Positions 17,977 to 27,849 of a DNA stretch of 64,000 bases are shown one piece after another. The stretch comes from an uncultured virus (IMG/VR IMGVR_UViG_3300007734_000756) (taxonomy: Duplodnaviria > Heunggongvirae > Uroviricota > Caudoviricetes). The stretch is from IMG/VR virus record IMGVR_UViG_3300007734_000756; one strand, given 5' to 3'. Both the position numbers and the translations under genes were made by a program. The notes beneath the pieces are model-generated. The model did no database searches. It saw only the letters and a list, made by a program, of their open reading frames with translations, and was not told the origin of the DNA. Within the stretch, counting starts at the first letter, position 1. Each line of letters begins with the position of its first letter.

Positions 17977-18248
17977 AAACCTTCCGCTTCGAGCGCACCG
18001 ATCATGGATGCCGCGCGTTTGTCCGGCGCGGCAATGCTTACGTCTACTTCGGCCATTTTCTGACGCAGCGCGCCGCGCGCGAGGCGTGGGATGAAACCCT
18101 GCAACGCCACGACACCGACCATGCCGTGATCTGGAGCGTGTTCCATGACTCGTACATCGTCCAACCGTTGCCGCGAATCGGCGCCCTGGAGCTGAAGTAC
18201 ACCGGAACGCGCGACGAATGCAACGCTTGGATCGCACAGCAAAGGTGA
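17973..18248 (+). CDS. Early hypothetical protein
   Basis: ATGA overlap; MKTFRFERTDHG. Confidence 0.6.
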   Translation: MKTFRFERTDHGCRAFVRRGNAYVYFGHFLTQRAAREAWDETLQRHDTDHAVIWSVFHDSYIVQPLPRIGALELKYTGTRDECNAWIAQQR

Positions 18249-18252
18249 CCAA

Positions 18253-18336
18253 ATGAAAGACGCCCTAGCAGCTGCAATCCTGGCCGCCTTGACCGTGGGC
18301 TTTACGGTCGCCTTGTTTCTGGAGCTCTCAAAATGA
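18253..18336 (+). CDS. 27-aa single-transmembrane micropeptide
   Basis: MKDALAAAILAALTVGFTVALFLELSK; AAGG RBS; ATGA coupling to the next gene. Confidence 0.55.
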   Translation: MKDALAAAILAALTVGFTVALFLELSK

Positions 18337-18512
18337 ACGATTACCACCCGCACCCAACACGCGCCGCTTACCTTGAATCGCTCGCAATCGAGCACGGGAT
18401 CGACCTTGCTATCGTCCGAATGATGGCAGGCCTGCTCGGGCCTTCCGAGGACTTCGATGGGCTCGTGACTGCCCTTGAGGACTACACCGACGATTTGGAG
18501 CGCGCAGAATGA
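18333..18512 (+). CDS. 59-aa acidic early protein
   Basis: MNDYHPHPTRAAYLESLA...LLGPSEDFDGLVTALED. Confidence 0.65.
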   Translation: MNDYHPHPTRAAYLESLAIEHGIDLAIVRMMAGLLGPSEDFDGLVTALEDYTDDLERAE

Positions 18513-18724
18513 CTCACCCCGCTGGAATGACCGACGCGCTCGCCGAACTTCGCCGCGCAGCTGCTGCCGGTGAAATCGCCGAATTCTGGATTGAGAACAC
18601 CCGCAACGGGCGCGCGATTTTTTATCGCCCGAGTGATTCACCCCGCGCCTGCCCGTTTCCGATCTGGCAGGAATTTCACGATCACCCCGAGCACAACATT
18701 TACCACGCCCTCGATGGCGAATGA
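18509..18724 (+). CDS. Early hypothetical protein
   Basis: ATGA-coupled ORF, GGAG RBS. Confidence 0.55.
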   Translation: MTHPAGMTDALAELRRAAAAGEIAEFWIENTRNGRAIFYRPSDSPRACPFPIWQEFHDHPEHNIYHALDGE

Positions 18725-18731
18725 GGAAACC

Positions 18732-18989
18732 ATGCTAACCATTGACTACATCCAAGACCCCGGACACGGTTGGATCGCGGCTGATGCTAGCCTGCTCGAC
18801 TCCCTCGGTATCGCCGACAAGATCAGCGAATACAGCTACCAGGACGGGCCGACCGTCTGGTTGGAGGAGGACTGCGATGCGCCGCTGTACCTGCGCGCAC
18901 TGTCACGCGCCGGGATTGCCTACCGTATCACCGAAACCCACACGCGCGGCGATGCTTGGATCCGTCGCCTCCCTCACTTTGGAGCATGA
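18732..18989 (+). CDS. Early hypothetical protein
   Basis: GAGG RBS; DPGHGW and LEEDCDA motifs. Confidence 0.7.
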   Translation: MLTIDYIQDPGHGWIAADASLLDSLGIADKISEYSYQDGPTVWLEEDCDAPLYLRALSRAGIAYRITETHTRGDAWIRRLPHFGA

Positions 18990-19663
18990 CTATGGAAACC
19001 ATCGAACAATTGAAGGCAAAACACGCCAAAGAATTAGAACAGGCTGAGCAGCTGCACGCTATCGCCGCCCAACTTCCAGCGGCGCCGGATCGCCTGTCCC
19101 ATGCATACCGTGGACACTACTGGGCAACCTATAAAACCCCCACGACCGCGCAGGTCGCCGCGTTAATTCGCCAATTCGCGCCGCTCATCGTTCCGGTTGC
19201 AGAGGTGCGGGATGGTTGCTTATATCAGGTTCCCGCCGACTTGTTACCCGCGCGCGCTGCTGCAAAGTATGAAACCGAGGGCCAGGATTTCGCCTTCGGC
19301 CTCGATACGCGACAGGGGCGAGGTTATGGGGTAACGGTGCAATTTTGGTTTTATTGCAGGGTTCCGTCCGGGGTCATCGTCAAAGTTATTTGCGATTTGC
19401 CAGACAACCACCGCGCAAGCGCAAGACTTACCCCGCCCGACTATGACCGGAGAGGGCAACCCATGACGCAGGGGTCAGCATCGCCGAATCCGATATTGCG
19501 CGGGATTTTCCACGATCACACCTCCTGGAGCGCGAACACGCGCGGCGAGGACGCGCATTACACCTTCAAGATTTGCGACGATGCCCCGGATTATCGGGAG
19601 GCGTGCGAAATCCTCGAAAACAGCGAAATCGCGCAATGGTGGACAGAAAAGGTGCCGGCATGA
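18986..19663 (+). CDS. Early hypothetical protein
   Basis: ATGA overlaps at both ends. Confidence 0.65.
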   Translation: MTMETIEQLKAKHAKELEQAEQLHAIAAQLPAAPDRLSHAYRGHYWATYKTPTTAQVAALIRQFAPLIVPVAEVRDGCLYQVPADLLPARAAAKYETEGQDFAFGLDTRQGRGYGVTVQFWFYCRVPSGVIVKVICDLPDNHRASARLTPPDYDRRGQPMTQGSASPNPILRGIFHDHTSWSANTRGEDAHYTFKICDDAPDYREACEILENSEIAQWWTEKVPA

Positions 19664-19815
19664 TTTACATCCAGCGCAAAGACGCGCGACACCTCGAAAC
19701 GGTGGACGAGTTCGCAACTTGGAAAGAGGCGCGCGCGATGGTGGCTGAATACCGGCTCGCGGATCCTGCCGGCGTCTACTACCTAAGCCGGCGATGCTGT
19801 CGCGGGTGGCGATAG
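19660..19815 (+). CDS. 51-aa early protein
   Basis: MIYIQRKDARHLETVDEF...EYRLAD; ATGA overlap. Confidence 0.6.
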   Translation: MIYIQRKDARHLETVDEFATWKEARAMVAEYRLADPAGVYYLSRRCCRGWR

Positions 19816-19883
19816 GTTCCGGCCTTCTGCCCCCACTCGGGGCAGCGGGGCGGGACTTCCGCCGATCAACTGAGGGGGCACCC

Positions 19884-20231
19884 ATGGGATTACTGCTTAA
19901 CGTCTATCGCTGGGAATTGGGCGACTGCACCAACGGCGGCGCATCCGCGACCGTCAAAGATATTTGCGTGGTCAACATTCCGGGGCCATTTCACCCGTCG
20001 GACTCGACGCCCTCGTTTGTCCTGGCGCGGGGGCCGAGCGGTGATCCGATCCTGAAACCCGCAGCGGGGGGAACGGGTATCGGGCCGATGTTCGGGGGGA
20101 ACTTCGCGCACACGAGCGACTCTCGGCTAGGCGAGGCAGTGCAGGACATGACGGGGCGCCGCAGCTGGGGCGCGCTGCCGATTTTTGATCGGTACGAATC
20201 CGCTGAACAAGCCAGCCGCAATTTTGATTAA
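19884..20231 (+). CDS. Early hypothetical protein
   Basis: GAGG RBS; DCTNGG and MFGGNF..TSDSR motifs. Confidence 0.7.
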   Translation: MGLLLNVYRWELGDCTNGGASATVKDICVVNIPGPFHPSDSTPSFVLARGPSGDPILKPAAGGTGIGPMFGGNFAHTSDSRLGEAVQDMTGRRSWGALPIFDRYESAEQASRNFD

Positions 20232-20247
20232 GGGGAAGGCCGTGAAA

Positions 20248-20433
20248 ATGTCAGACCTTGAATCACTTGCTGATGAGGCGCTGGATGTTGCAGTCAAGCA
20301 CATTCAGACCGTGTTAGGGCAGACGGACGGGGGATTCGCTGCGCTGTGGTTTTCGGGGCAGCGCGAGGCAATCGTAACAGCAATTTTGGCCGATTACGCA
20401 CGAGCGGAAATCGAACACTTTGAGGAGGTTTGA
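20248..20433 (+). CDS. Early hypothetical protein
   Basis: IQ..LGQTDGGFA motif. Confidence 0.6.
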   Translation: MSDLESLADEALDVAVKHIQTVLGQTDGGFAALWFSGQREAIVTAILADYARAEIEHFEEV

Positions 20434-20434
20434 A

Positions 20435-20791
20435 ATGGGGTTTTTCAGCAAGTGCTGCGCTAAATCGCAGCTGCCGATTGTCGCTACATGGCGCAATTAT
20501 CCGGAACTGTCGCGGGTCGTGGTGCTGCAACCTAGGGGGCGCACGCTGATGGGGCACTACGACGGTTATGGGAGGGTCGAAGGCGAACAAATCGAAAACT
20601 TTGACCGCGCTAAATTTGTCCTGGCGCAGCACTACAACGGCGAAAAGTATGGCGACCTCCCGCGCTCTCACGATGAGATGGCGCAGGGCTATTTTATGTC
20701 CGACGAATTTTTGCAGCACTGCATCGCGGTGGGATCGTTCAAAAATCGCGCCGAATATGTGCGCGCCTTCAAACTTTTGGCGAGGTGGTGA
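20435..20791 (+). CDS. Early hypothetical protein
   Basis: GAGGAGG RBS; MGFFSKCC, YDGYGR, QGYF motifs. Confidence 0.7.
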   Translation: MGFFSKCCAKSQLPIVATWRNYPELSRVVVLQPRGRTLMGHYDGYGRVEGEQIENFDRAKFVLAQHYNGEKYGDLPRSHDEMAQGYFMSDEFLQHCIAVGSFKNRAEYVRAFKLLARW

Positions 20792-20792
20792 C

Positions 20793-21020
20793 GTGAAAAC
20801 CTACATTGTGCTTTATCGCATCGAGTCGATCCTGGCGCCCACTGATCCCCCTTTTGGGTTTAAGTGCCAGGCCGAGAACGCCGACCACGCCGAGGAGCAG
20901 TGCATGGACGCCTATCCAGATGGCGAGGTTGTCTGGATTTGGGAAGGGGATTCCCTGCACGACGCGCTCGCCGACTATTGGACGGTCGAGGATTTCCACA
21001 ACTGGCTGGAAGCAAAATAA
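20793..21020 (+). CDS. Early hypothetical protein
   Basis: GTG start; AENADHAEEQC motif. Confidence 0.6.
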   Translation: MKTYIVLYRIESILAPTDPPFGFKCQAENADHAEEQCMDAYPDGEVVWIWEGDSLHDALADYWTVEDFHNWLEAK

Positions 21021-21031
21021 CGGAGGGCATC

Positions 21032-21583
21032 ATGCCAAACTGGTGCGTAAACATTTTGACGTTGCGTCACAAAGATTCCGCGATGATCGAGCGCGCGGCT
21101 CGCGCGTTTGAGTCCGGGACACTTCTGCACGAATTTATCCCTGTGCCGGATAAGCTGATCGAAACTGTGGCTGGCTCATACGGACACGAATATGACCGGG
21201 AATTGCAGGAATGTCGGCAACAACTCAATTTGAAGTATTTTGGATATAAAGATTGGTACGACTTCTGTGTCGCAAAATGGGGAACCAAATGGGATGTCGG
21301 GGGGTCTGATGGTCAGATTGTCAGCCAAAACGCAACCCTTTTGGAGTGCTCGTTTTCGAGCGCATGGGAACCACCCGTCACGGCATACACCACGATGCAA
21401 CAGATGGGGTTCGAGATAACGGCCTTTTATTGGGAACCCGGACTGTCATTCGCTGGTTTATTCAACGATGAAGGCGACCATCGTTATCAAATCGAAGGCG
21501 CGGAGGACGCAGCCAATTTGCCGCATGGCATTGATGAGATGATGAACATCAGCGCCTCGATGGAAATGTGGGGTGAAGCATGA
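21032..21583 (+). CDS. DUF1281/YubB ferredoxin-like fold protein
   Basis: MPNWC.N...WYDFC...WGTKWD...FSSAWEPP...YWEPG. Confidence 0.75.
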   Translation: MPNWCVNILTLRHKDSAMIERAARAFESGTLLHEFIPVPDKLIETVAGSYGHEYDRELQECRQQLNLKYFGYKDWYDFCVAKWGTKWDVGGSDGQIVSQNATLLECSFSSAWEPPVTAYTTMQQMGFEITAFYWEPGLSFAGLFNDEGDHRYQIEGAEDAANLPHGIDEMMNISASMEMWGEA

Positions 21584-21807
21584 CCCGCAACGATCATGCG
21601 CGGATTCTATCCGCATACCTGTCGCGCCTATCCATGGCGCATTTGGCGGCCATTGTCGAGGCCGAACGTGCAGCATGGGTCAGTCAGTCATGGGAACCCA
21701 TGGGCGCGCAGCTGAAGGCCCAGGATCGCGCACGCGAGGCTGTCCTGGCGGCAATCAATTCAATGCTCGATCACGACCTGAAACAAATTGAGGAGCTAAT
21801 CAAATGA
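21580..21807 (+). CDS. Hypothetical protein
   Basis: ATGA-coupled. Confidence 0.55.
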   Translation: MTRNDHARILSAYLSRLSMAHLAAIVEAERAAWVSQSWEPMGAQLKAQDRAREAVLAAINSMLDHDLKQIEELIK

Positions 21808-22094
21808 AAGTTAACGCTTGGGTTTACGGCACGATCCGCGACCTGCACACCATGACGCCGGAGCAGCTGGTGGACATGGTGGTGCTGACCAACTCGGAGT
21901 TCGGGGATCGCTGGACGCTGGTGGGCCATGCCGATGTTGAGGTAACACTGTTACCGCAGGACGCGATGGTCGCCAATCAGGTCGAATCGCTTCGCAAGCA
22001 AATCAAAGAGGCGCGCGATCAGGCCGAGCGCACGGTCGCCATGTGCGAGGACAAGATTCGATCCCTGCAATGCCTGACGATGGAGGTCAAATGA
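21804..22094 (+). CDS. Hypothetical coiled-coil protein
   Basis: GAGGAG RBS; C-terminal coiled coil. Confidence 0.65.
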   Translation: MKVNAWVYGTIRDLHTMTPEQLVDMVVLTNSEFGDRWTLVGHADVEVTLLPQDAMVANQVESLRKQIKEARDQAERTVAMCEDKIRSLQCLTMEVK

Positions 22095-22369
22095 GCAACC
22101 TGCGACTCTATGGCGGCCAGGTTCCCGTCGAAACGGGCGACCTCACCCACCCGATCCGACTCGTTGCATTCCCGACGTTCGATCAATTCCGGGAGCTATA
22201 CGGCAATCAGGTGAAAGGCGAAAATCTGCCGAGGTATTTTCGGATGCTGACCGCACGCGCGAATGGTGCGACACTGACGGACGCAGCAAAGGCCGAGGGT
22301 GTCACAAAGGAACGCGCTCGCCAGATTGAGGCGAAATTCCTGCGGTTGATGCGACGATCACTCGCTTGA
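22091..22369 (+). CDS. Sigma-70 region 4-like HTH protein
   Basis: TLTDAAKAEGVTKERARQIEAK; GGAGG RBS. Confidence 0.7.
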   Translation: MSNLRLYGGQVPVETGDLTHPIRLVAFPTFDQFRELYGNQVKGENLPRYFRMLTARANGATLTDAAKAEGVTKERARQIEAKFLRLMRRSLA

Positions 22370-23138
22370 GTGAGTTCATTGCTTTGAACAGGCCGACCCG
22401 AACATGAAAGTCGTTGAAATCTTCACCCGTTGCTTCCGAAATCCAGTAAGGCTTACCTGTGTCTCGGGCGACCTGTTCACCCACTCCGTTAGGGTCATTG
22501 TCGGCGACGACGATGCCCCCGCTCACATCCCGCGATACCGCCTTGAGATTGCCTGCCGAGAAGGTGACAAAGATCGAGTATCGGATTTTCATCGCCTTCA
22601 TCACTGCCCGGACGGACAGGCCGGTGGCATACCCCTCGCACAAGATGGGGAGCCCCTTTGCATCCATGACAAAACTTGCCCCCTTCGTCATCTGACCGTT
22701 CAGGAACTTCTTATTCCCTTCGTTGTCGATGAGCTGGCAGCCGACGAGCTTGGTGCCCTGCCGCATCGGAACCACTAGCAGCTGGTTCCAGACGTTCCCC
22801 ATTTCATCGGGGAATCCCTTTGCGGCCAGATACGAATGGGTGGAAGGCGAAGATTGATGCAGGATCCACCCGGCCTTGGACGCAGCTTTGGCGGCCATTT
22901 CAACGCGCTCCCGGTCATCGGACACATAGCGACGCACTTCGGGCAGCGGTCGGTCGGTTTTCCACATTTCCGGGCTCTGCATCGTTGCCCAGTTTTGCAC
23001 CCAGCCAACATCTCCCAGAAACTTGTAACGCCCGTTACGCTTTCGCGGATGGTCGTCAGTTGGCACCGCAACCCACCTGCCAGGCACCAGGCCACCGATT
23101 CGCAATCCGTGTGCTCGGGCGAAGTCCTCAAACCTCAT
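22302..23138 (-). CDS. TOPRIM-domain DNA primase
   Basis: ILCEGYATG, VVADND, EDFND motifs; 3' end overlaps convergent gene. Confidence 0.85.
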   Translation of the reverse strand: MRFEDFARAHGLRIGGLVPGRWVAVPTDDHPRKRNGRYKFLGDVGWVQNWATMQSPEMWKTDRPLPEVRRYVSDDRERVEMAAKAASKAGWILHQSSPSTHSYLAAKGFPDEMGNVWNQLLVVPMRQGTKLVGCQLIDNEGNKKFLNGQMTKGASFVMDAKGLPILCEGYATGLSVRAVMKAMKIRYSIFVTFSAGNLKAVSRDVSGGIVVADNDPNGVGEQVARDTGKPYWISEATGEDFNDFHVRVGLFKAMNSLKRVIVASTAGISPQSGERVPL

Positions 23139-23959
23139 AGCGGTTCACTCCCCATGCGGGCAAGGTTGCCGCTGAACTTCCAAGTGCCAATGTGACCCAG
23201 CTGAAGATAGGGGTTCACGAAAATCTGGCCGCCGGCCTTGCGGTACTCGTTGCAGAACCAGTAATCCTCGCTCGTGTACTTGCCGTTATCGCCAACGCCA
23301 ACGCGAAAGAAGTCCCAACCGACCACACTGTTACCTTGGATCACATCCTCATAGCATGGGGTAAGCGGCATCATCTTGAGGAACACCGGCCTACGCAGCA
23401 GCAAAAATCCTGTCGCAGCGTGCGTCACCTCAATCAATCCGTCTTGCGACTCCTGGCCTTCGACGCCTCGGAACAGGTAGCTGCACGCCCAATCCTCTGG
23501 GTTTGTTTTGCCGGCCACCGCAGCTTTGGCTACCGCATCCCAATGGATTGTCTTGCGGGGGTAAACCCCCCCAACAAAGTCCTTGTCGGCGAGGATCAGC
23601 TTCAGAACGTCGTGCTCGGTAAAGCAAATGTCTGAATCAATGAACATCATCATGTCCATCGTCGCGTCTTGGATGAACGTCCTCGCCAAGTTGTTTCGGG
23701 CGCGGGTGATGAGGCTCTCATTAAACATTGCCTGGGTGTTGACCCGAAACCCCAGATTGGTAAGCAGGTTGACCGTCCTGACTAGCGAGAGGGCGAAGTC
23801 GCCATGGCACATCCCACCAAACATCGGCAGCGCGAACATGATCCCGACCTGCCGGCGCCTGTTGTCCTCCCTGATTGCATCAAACAGCATCCCCTCTAGC
23901 GATTTCTTTTTCTGCTCCTGCTGCCGCTCCAAATCTTCCCACGCTTCGTCCTCGTTCAT
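23135..23959 (-). CDS. Glycosyltransferase-like (GT-A fold) protein
   Basis: ESLITRARN, FIDSD, TGFLL, SEDYWFC, LGHIG. Confidence 0.7.
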   Translation of the reverse strand: MNEDEAWEDLERQQEQKKKSLEGMLFDAIREDNRRRQVGIMFALPMFGGMCHGDFALSLVRTVNLLTNLGFRVNTQAMFNESLITRARNNLARTFIQDATMDMMMFIDSDICFTEHDVLKLILADKDFVGGVYPRKTIHWDAVAKAAVAGKTNPEDWACSYLFRGVEGQESQDGLIEVTHAATGFLLLRRPVFLKMMPLTPCYEDVIQGNSVVGWDFFRVGVGDNGKYTSEDYWFCNEYRKAGGQIFVNPYLQLGHIGTWKFSGNLARMGSEPL

Positions 23960-25434
23960 TTGATTTTGCTCCTTGCTTTGGCCCATGCGATGTTGCGAGA
24001 CTTGATCCAATTTGCTGTTGCCAAACTCGTTGGCCTTGTAGCTTCATCTAACCCGCGCGGCCATACGCCAAACCGCTCTTTGTACTTGTGGCCGGCCCAA
24101 TGAGGGTTATAGTTTCGCTGTCGAGCGTAGTGGAGCAGCTCGGAGTAAAAGTTTTGTTTGTCGTCGCGCTTGGCTTGGCCGGTAAACAACTCGTGCATCT
24201 CACCTGCCACCGCTTCGATCTGATTGCGTCGCTGCCGGACATGGCCGCATGATGGGCAGCTGTCAGCGCCCTTCGGCCAAATGTGGCTGCATTTTGGGCA
24301 CTTGGCCTGGGTCTTTTCCTTCTCTGTCAGCTCCTTCTTGGCTCGCTCAACCCGCTTGTCTAGCTCCCGCACACCGTTGGAATAAATCTCATCCCAATCG
24401 TCTTGAAAGCGCAGGTAATTACCGCTGTGATCGAGCCACACGGCGAACTGCTTGGTGTGATGGGAGCGCATGACGCGACCCATTTGCTGGATGTGTGAGG
24501 ACAACGACTTGCTGAACGGCCTGGCCGACACGCCAATCTTCACATCAGGAACATCAAAGCCTCGCGTCAGGATGTCGGTTGCGATCAGACCGTGTATCTC
24601 AGTGTCCGGTTTCGAGAAGTCCTCAATCGCCTGCCGCTTGAACTCGTCATCATCTTTGTAGCTGATCGAGACAAAGTTGTAGCCCTTCCTGGCGAACTGC
24701 TCCACCAGATCGGCGCCGTGGGCGACGCCGGCACAGAAGACGATGGTCTTCTCGGGCTTGCCAAATATCTCGTGAGTTTTCTTGACCCATTCCTCCACAA
24801 TATCGCCAGTAATCTTCATCCCCCGCTCAGTCACAACATCCTGCGCCCACTCACCGGCAACCTTCTTGGCACCTGTCATGTCGATTTCTTTGGCAATGTA
24901 GACCTTGAGCGGCACAAGCCACTTGTTATCGACAAGCCACTCGTTTGTGGCGCCACACACCACGCGCTTGTAAACATCTCCCAGCCCCTTGGTAAAGGGT
25001 GTCGCGGTCAACCCGATGACCTTAACCTCCGGGTGCTTCTTGATAAATTCGACCGTATGCTTCCTGGCAATGTGCGCCTCGTCGATGATGAGCAAATCGA
25101 CGTTTGGCACCCCATCGCGCGCCTCTAGCGTCTGCGCGCTGCACACTTGCAAAAGTTGCTTGGGGTCGTATGCCCAGTGCTGTGCCTGAAACACTCCGTG
25201 GGGCAGCTGGTACTTGGTAAGCCGCATACTGGTCTGATCGACTAGCACCAGGCGGTCTAACACCATGGCCGCGCGCTTCCACTTGTCACGGGTGGCCTTC
25301 ATCAACGCTATCGCCACCTCCGTCTTGCCGAACCCGGTCGGCGCGTACAACAACTGTGACTGCACTCCCTCTCGAAAACCATCCCTCAGCGCATCAATGA
25401 CGTTTGATTGATGCTCTCGCAGCGACAACTCCAT
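23956..25434 (-). CDS. Superfamily 2 DNA helicase with Zn ribbon
   Basis: APTGFGKT, DEAH, TATP, QQMGRVMR, CPKC/CPSC. Confidence 0.92.
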   Translation of the reverse strand: MELSLREHQSNVIDALRDGFREGVQSQLLYAPTGFGKTEVAIALMKATRDKWKRAAMVLDRLVLVDQTSMRLTKYQLPHGVFQAQHWAYDPKQLLQVCSAQTLEARDGVPNVDLLIIDEAHIARKHTVEFIKKHPEVKVIGLTATPFTKGLGDVYKRVVCGATNEWLVDNKWLVPLKVYIAKEIDMTGAKKVAGEWAQDVVTERGMKITGDIVEEWVKKTHEIFGKPEKTIVFCAGVAHGADLVEQFARKGYNFVSISYKDDDEFKRQAIEDFSKPDTEIHGLIATDILTRGFDVPDVKIGVSARPFSKSLSSHIQQMGRVMRSHHTKQFAVWLDHSGNYLRFQDDWDEIYSNGVRELDKRVERAKKELTEKEKTQAKCPKCSHIWPKGADSCPSCGHVRQRRNQIEAVAGEMHELFTGQAKRDDKQNFYSELLHYARQRNYNPHWAGHKYKERFGVWPRGLDEATRPTSLATANWIKSRNIAWAKARSKIK

Positions 25435-25471
25435 GTGGCCTCCTGTGCTACCGGGTTCCCCCCGGCGTGGG

Positions 25472-26260
25472 TTACTTCTTCAGCTTGGCTTGCAGCGACT
25501 TCACGAGCTTCATCAGCTCTGCGTTCCGGTTCTGGAACATATCCCGCGAATCTCGCAGCGCGCGGTTGTCAATCTCTAACAACCTGATCTGCTCCCGGAG
25601 CTCTTTAATCGTTTCCTGGGCGTCGATCTTCTCAATGTCGGTAGCATCCCATTGGCCGACTGCAATCGCGTCTTTGAGGCGCTGATTTTCTTGGCTGAGA
25701 CTGCTCACCGTATCCGCGAGTTCCGTTAAGTCATCCGGCTCCTGCGCCACCTTGGTTGCAAGGTTCTCGGTGTTGACCGTGACCTTCTGGCCGTCCTTCT
25801 TGGTGTAAGTGCGCTTGACCGGAGACTGCACGCCAAGGCTGGCCTTGACCCTGCCAACAGTCATCTTGGATACGCCAACGTGACGCGCGATCTGGGCGTT
25901 CGTCCAGCTGCGACTTAAAGGATGCTCAAGCATCCGCTTGATGATGTTGCGGTTGTCCTCGTGTGTCGTAGACAAGCCGCGACGGGAGTTCGCACCAAAG
26001 GCGAACAACTGTGCTTCTTCTACGGTGCCGATCTTGATCTCGGCAAAAATGTCTGCGAGTTCCGCCTGCCGGTGTGCGTGGTATCGGTGGAATCCATCGG
26101 CCAGCCAGTAGCTGCTACCGTCATGGAACACAATGATCGCGGGGAACTTGTCGCCTTCCTTGAGGCACTCTGCGTACTGAGCAACTTGTGCTGGATCTAG
26201 AGCTACGCGCGCCTGGGTGTCTCCGTCAATACGGATCTGATCTAGGTTTAATTTTGTCAT
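25472..26260 (-). CDS. ParB/Srx-like protein with HTH and coiled coil
   Basis: TQAR...PAIIVF..WLADGFHRY; WTNAQIARHVGVSKMTVGRVK HTH. Confidence 0.8.
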   Translation of the reverse strand: MTKLNLDQIRIDGDTQARVALDPAQVAQYAECLKEGDKFPAIIVFHDGSSYWLADGFHRYHAHRQAELADIFAEIKIGTVEEAQLFAFGANSRRGLSTTHEDNRNIIKRMLEHPLSRSWTNAQIARHVGVSKMTVGRVKASLGVQSPVKRTYTKKDGQKVTVNTENLATKVAQEPDDLTELADTVSSLSQENQRLKDAIAVGQWDATDIEKIDAQETIKELREQIRLLEIDNRALRDSRDMFQNRNAELMKLVKSLQAKLKK

Positions 26261-26287
26261 TGTCTCTCCTTGGTTAAATGCTGAAGG

Positions 26288-27127
26288 CTAGTCGCCACAA
26301 AAGCAAGCTAGGGTTTCCTCTGATGGGTCAAACATCGTGATCTGCTGATTGGCGAACTTCAGCATTTGCGCGTAACTCGGCCTGTCCTTGTGGAAGTAAC
26401 CCCCTTGTGCGATTTTCGGGTTGGTGATGCTGCCCTCCTGCTTGGCCCACCAGATGGCACGCTCTGGCTTCTCCGCAATCAAGGACATGATTTGGTGCGC
26501 CCCCTTGAGGAAGCAAAGGTCGCAGTTGCCATGGAACGTGACCCCGTTGATGTTGGGGAGCTGCAAGTCAAAGGTTTGCGATGACCAGAACTTGGATATG
26601 TCCTGCTTTGAAATCCCGTCTGTTGCCAGTGGCAGAAGCCGAGTCACCCCCTTTACTCCGTCCGATGGGTTTGCCCGAATCTTGGCTACCCGTCTTGGCT
26701 CGTCAGCGCGGATGCCAATCAGGTTGTCCCATTCGTCCCACCCGAGGTGCCTGGCGTACTTGGCCAGCGGTTTGATTTTGAGGTCTACCGTGCAGAAGCG
26801 CGTTACCGGGTTGGGCAGGTAGTTTTTCTTCTTGATGAGCGCCTCAAACGGTTCACCGTTCCGGCTGGCCGACTCAAAGGTCACGATGCGCCACCCCGGA
26901 TCCTCGATCTGATACTCCAGCCAGATAATTGGCACTGACCACTCTTTTGAGCAGCGGTCAACGAACTGGAGCGTCGCCTCATCCTCTTTGCCTGTGTTGG
27001 CAAAGCAAACATGAGCGCCGTCAGGAAGGCCGCCATTGGCCTCCAAAACGCGCCACAGCATATAGGCCGAAGTGCGGCCACCGGAGAAGCTGACGAAGGT
27101 CTGCTCTGTAATTTTGTATGGGTTCAT
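26288..27127 (-). CDS. PAPS-reductase-family (PP-loop) protein
   Basis: SFSGGRTS, FANTGKE, RFCT, GIRADE, GNCDLCF, CFCGD. Confidence 0.8.
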   Translation of the reverse strand: MNPYKITEQTFVSFSGGRTSAYMLWRVLEANGGLPDGAHVCFANTGKEDEATLQFVDRCSKEWSVPIIWLEYQIEDPGWRIVTFESASRNGEPFEALIKKKNYLPNPVTRFCTVDLKIKPLAKYARHLGWDEWDNLIGIRADEPRRVAKIRANPSDGVKGVTRLLPLATDGISKQDISKFWSSQTFDLQLPNINGVTFHGNCDLCFLKGAHQIMSLIAEKPERAIWWAKQEGSITNPKIAQGGYFHKDRPSYAQMLKFANQQITMFDPSEETLACFCGD

Positions 27128-27783
27128 GCAGGCACCTTGTAGTCGTGGAACACCGTCCCACTTGACGGGTCGCCTACTCTACAAGGTTTGACCCAGACCT
27201 TCTTTGTTTTGATCGTGCGCCAATGGCCTCGACGGTCGTGCGCTCGGGGGCTGGCGTGAGTACCACCCAGAGGCTCTCCTTTTGGCCTGGGTAACACTGT
27301 TACTGTTCGCCAATCGTAGCTCGGCTTCTTGCCTTGCGCGATCTTGCGCTTGTTGGTGAACGATTGCTTGACGGTAGGCTGATACGCCGTTTGCTGCGTT
27401 TCTAGCCTCCCCAAAAGAGTCTGGATGATTCCCAGTGCCATCATCGTCGTTTGCTGCTTTGTAGCTCCTTCCGGGTAAACGCCGATGCCCTCATCCTTTT
27501 CCATGTAAACGAATGGATTGATGTCGATCATCGTGTCGCCAAACACAAAGCCCACCACGCTGATTTGTTCGCCAAGGACAGACTTAAGCTGGAACGCTGC
27601 CCTGACTAGCACTCGGCGACGCCCAGCCCTGGCCGCCACAAACACCACATCGTAGGGCAGATGCACCATCAGCTCGGGATCGAGCACGAAGTCGATGGCT
27701 TCAGGGACTTCGCCCAAGTCAAACCAGTAGCCGGCCTCTGGATCGGGCGTCACCCGCGCCAGCTCAGCGATCAGCGGCGTCAT
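27124..27783 (-). CDS. Hypothetical protein
   Basis: GGAGG RBS; GGTHASPRAHDRRGHWR motif. Confidence 0.7.
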   Translation of the reverse strand: MTPLIAELARVTPDPEAGYWFDLGEVPEAIDFVLDPELMVHLPYDVVFVAARAGRRRVLVRAAFQLKSVLGEQISVVGFVFGDTMIDINPFVYMEKDEGIGVYPEGATKQQTTMMALGIIQTLLGRLETQQTAYQPTVKQSFTNKRKIAQGKKPSYDWRTVTVLPRPKGEPLGGTHASPRAHDRRGHWRTIKTKKVWVKPCRVGDPSSGTVFHDYKVPA

Positions 27784-27849
27784 CTAGCCTCCCCGAGTAA
27801 CACCTGTTACTCCCCTGTTGTGACATGATACCCGTACCCGGTCATCTCA

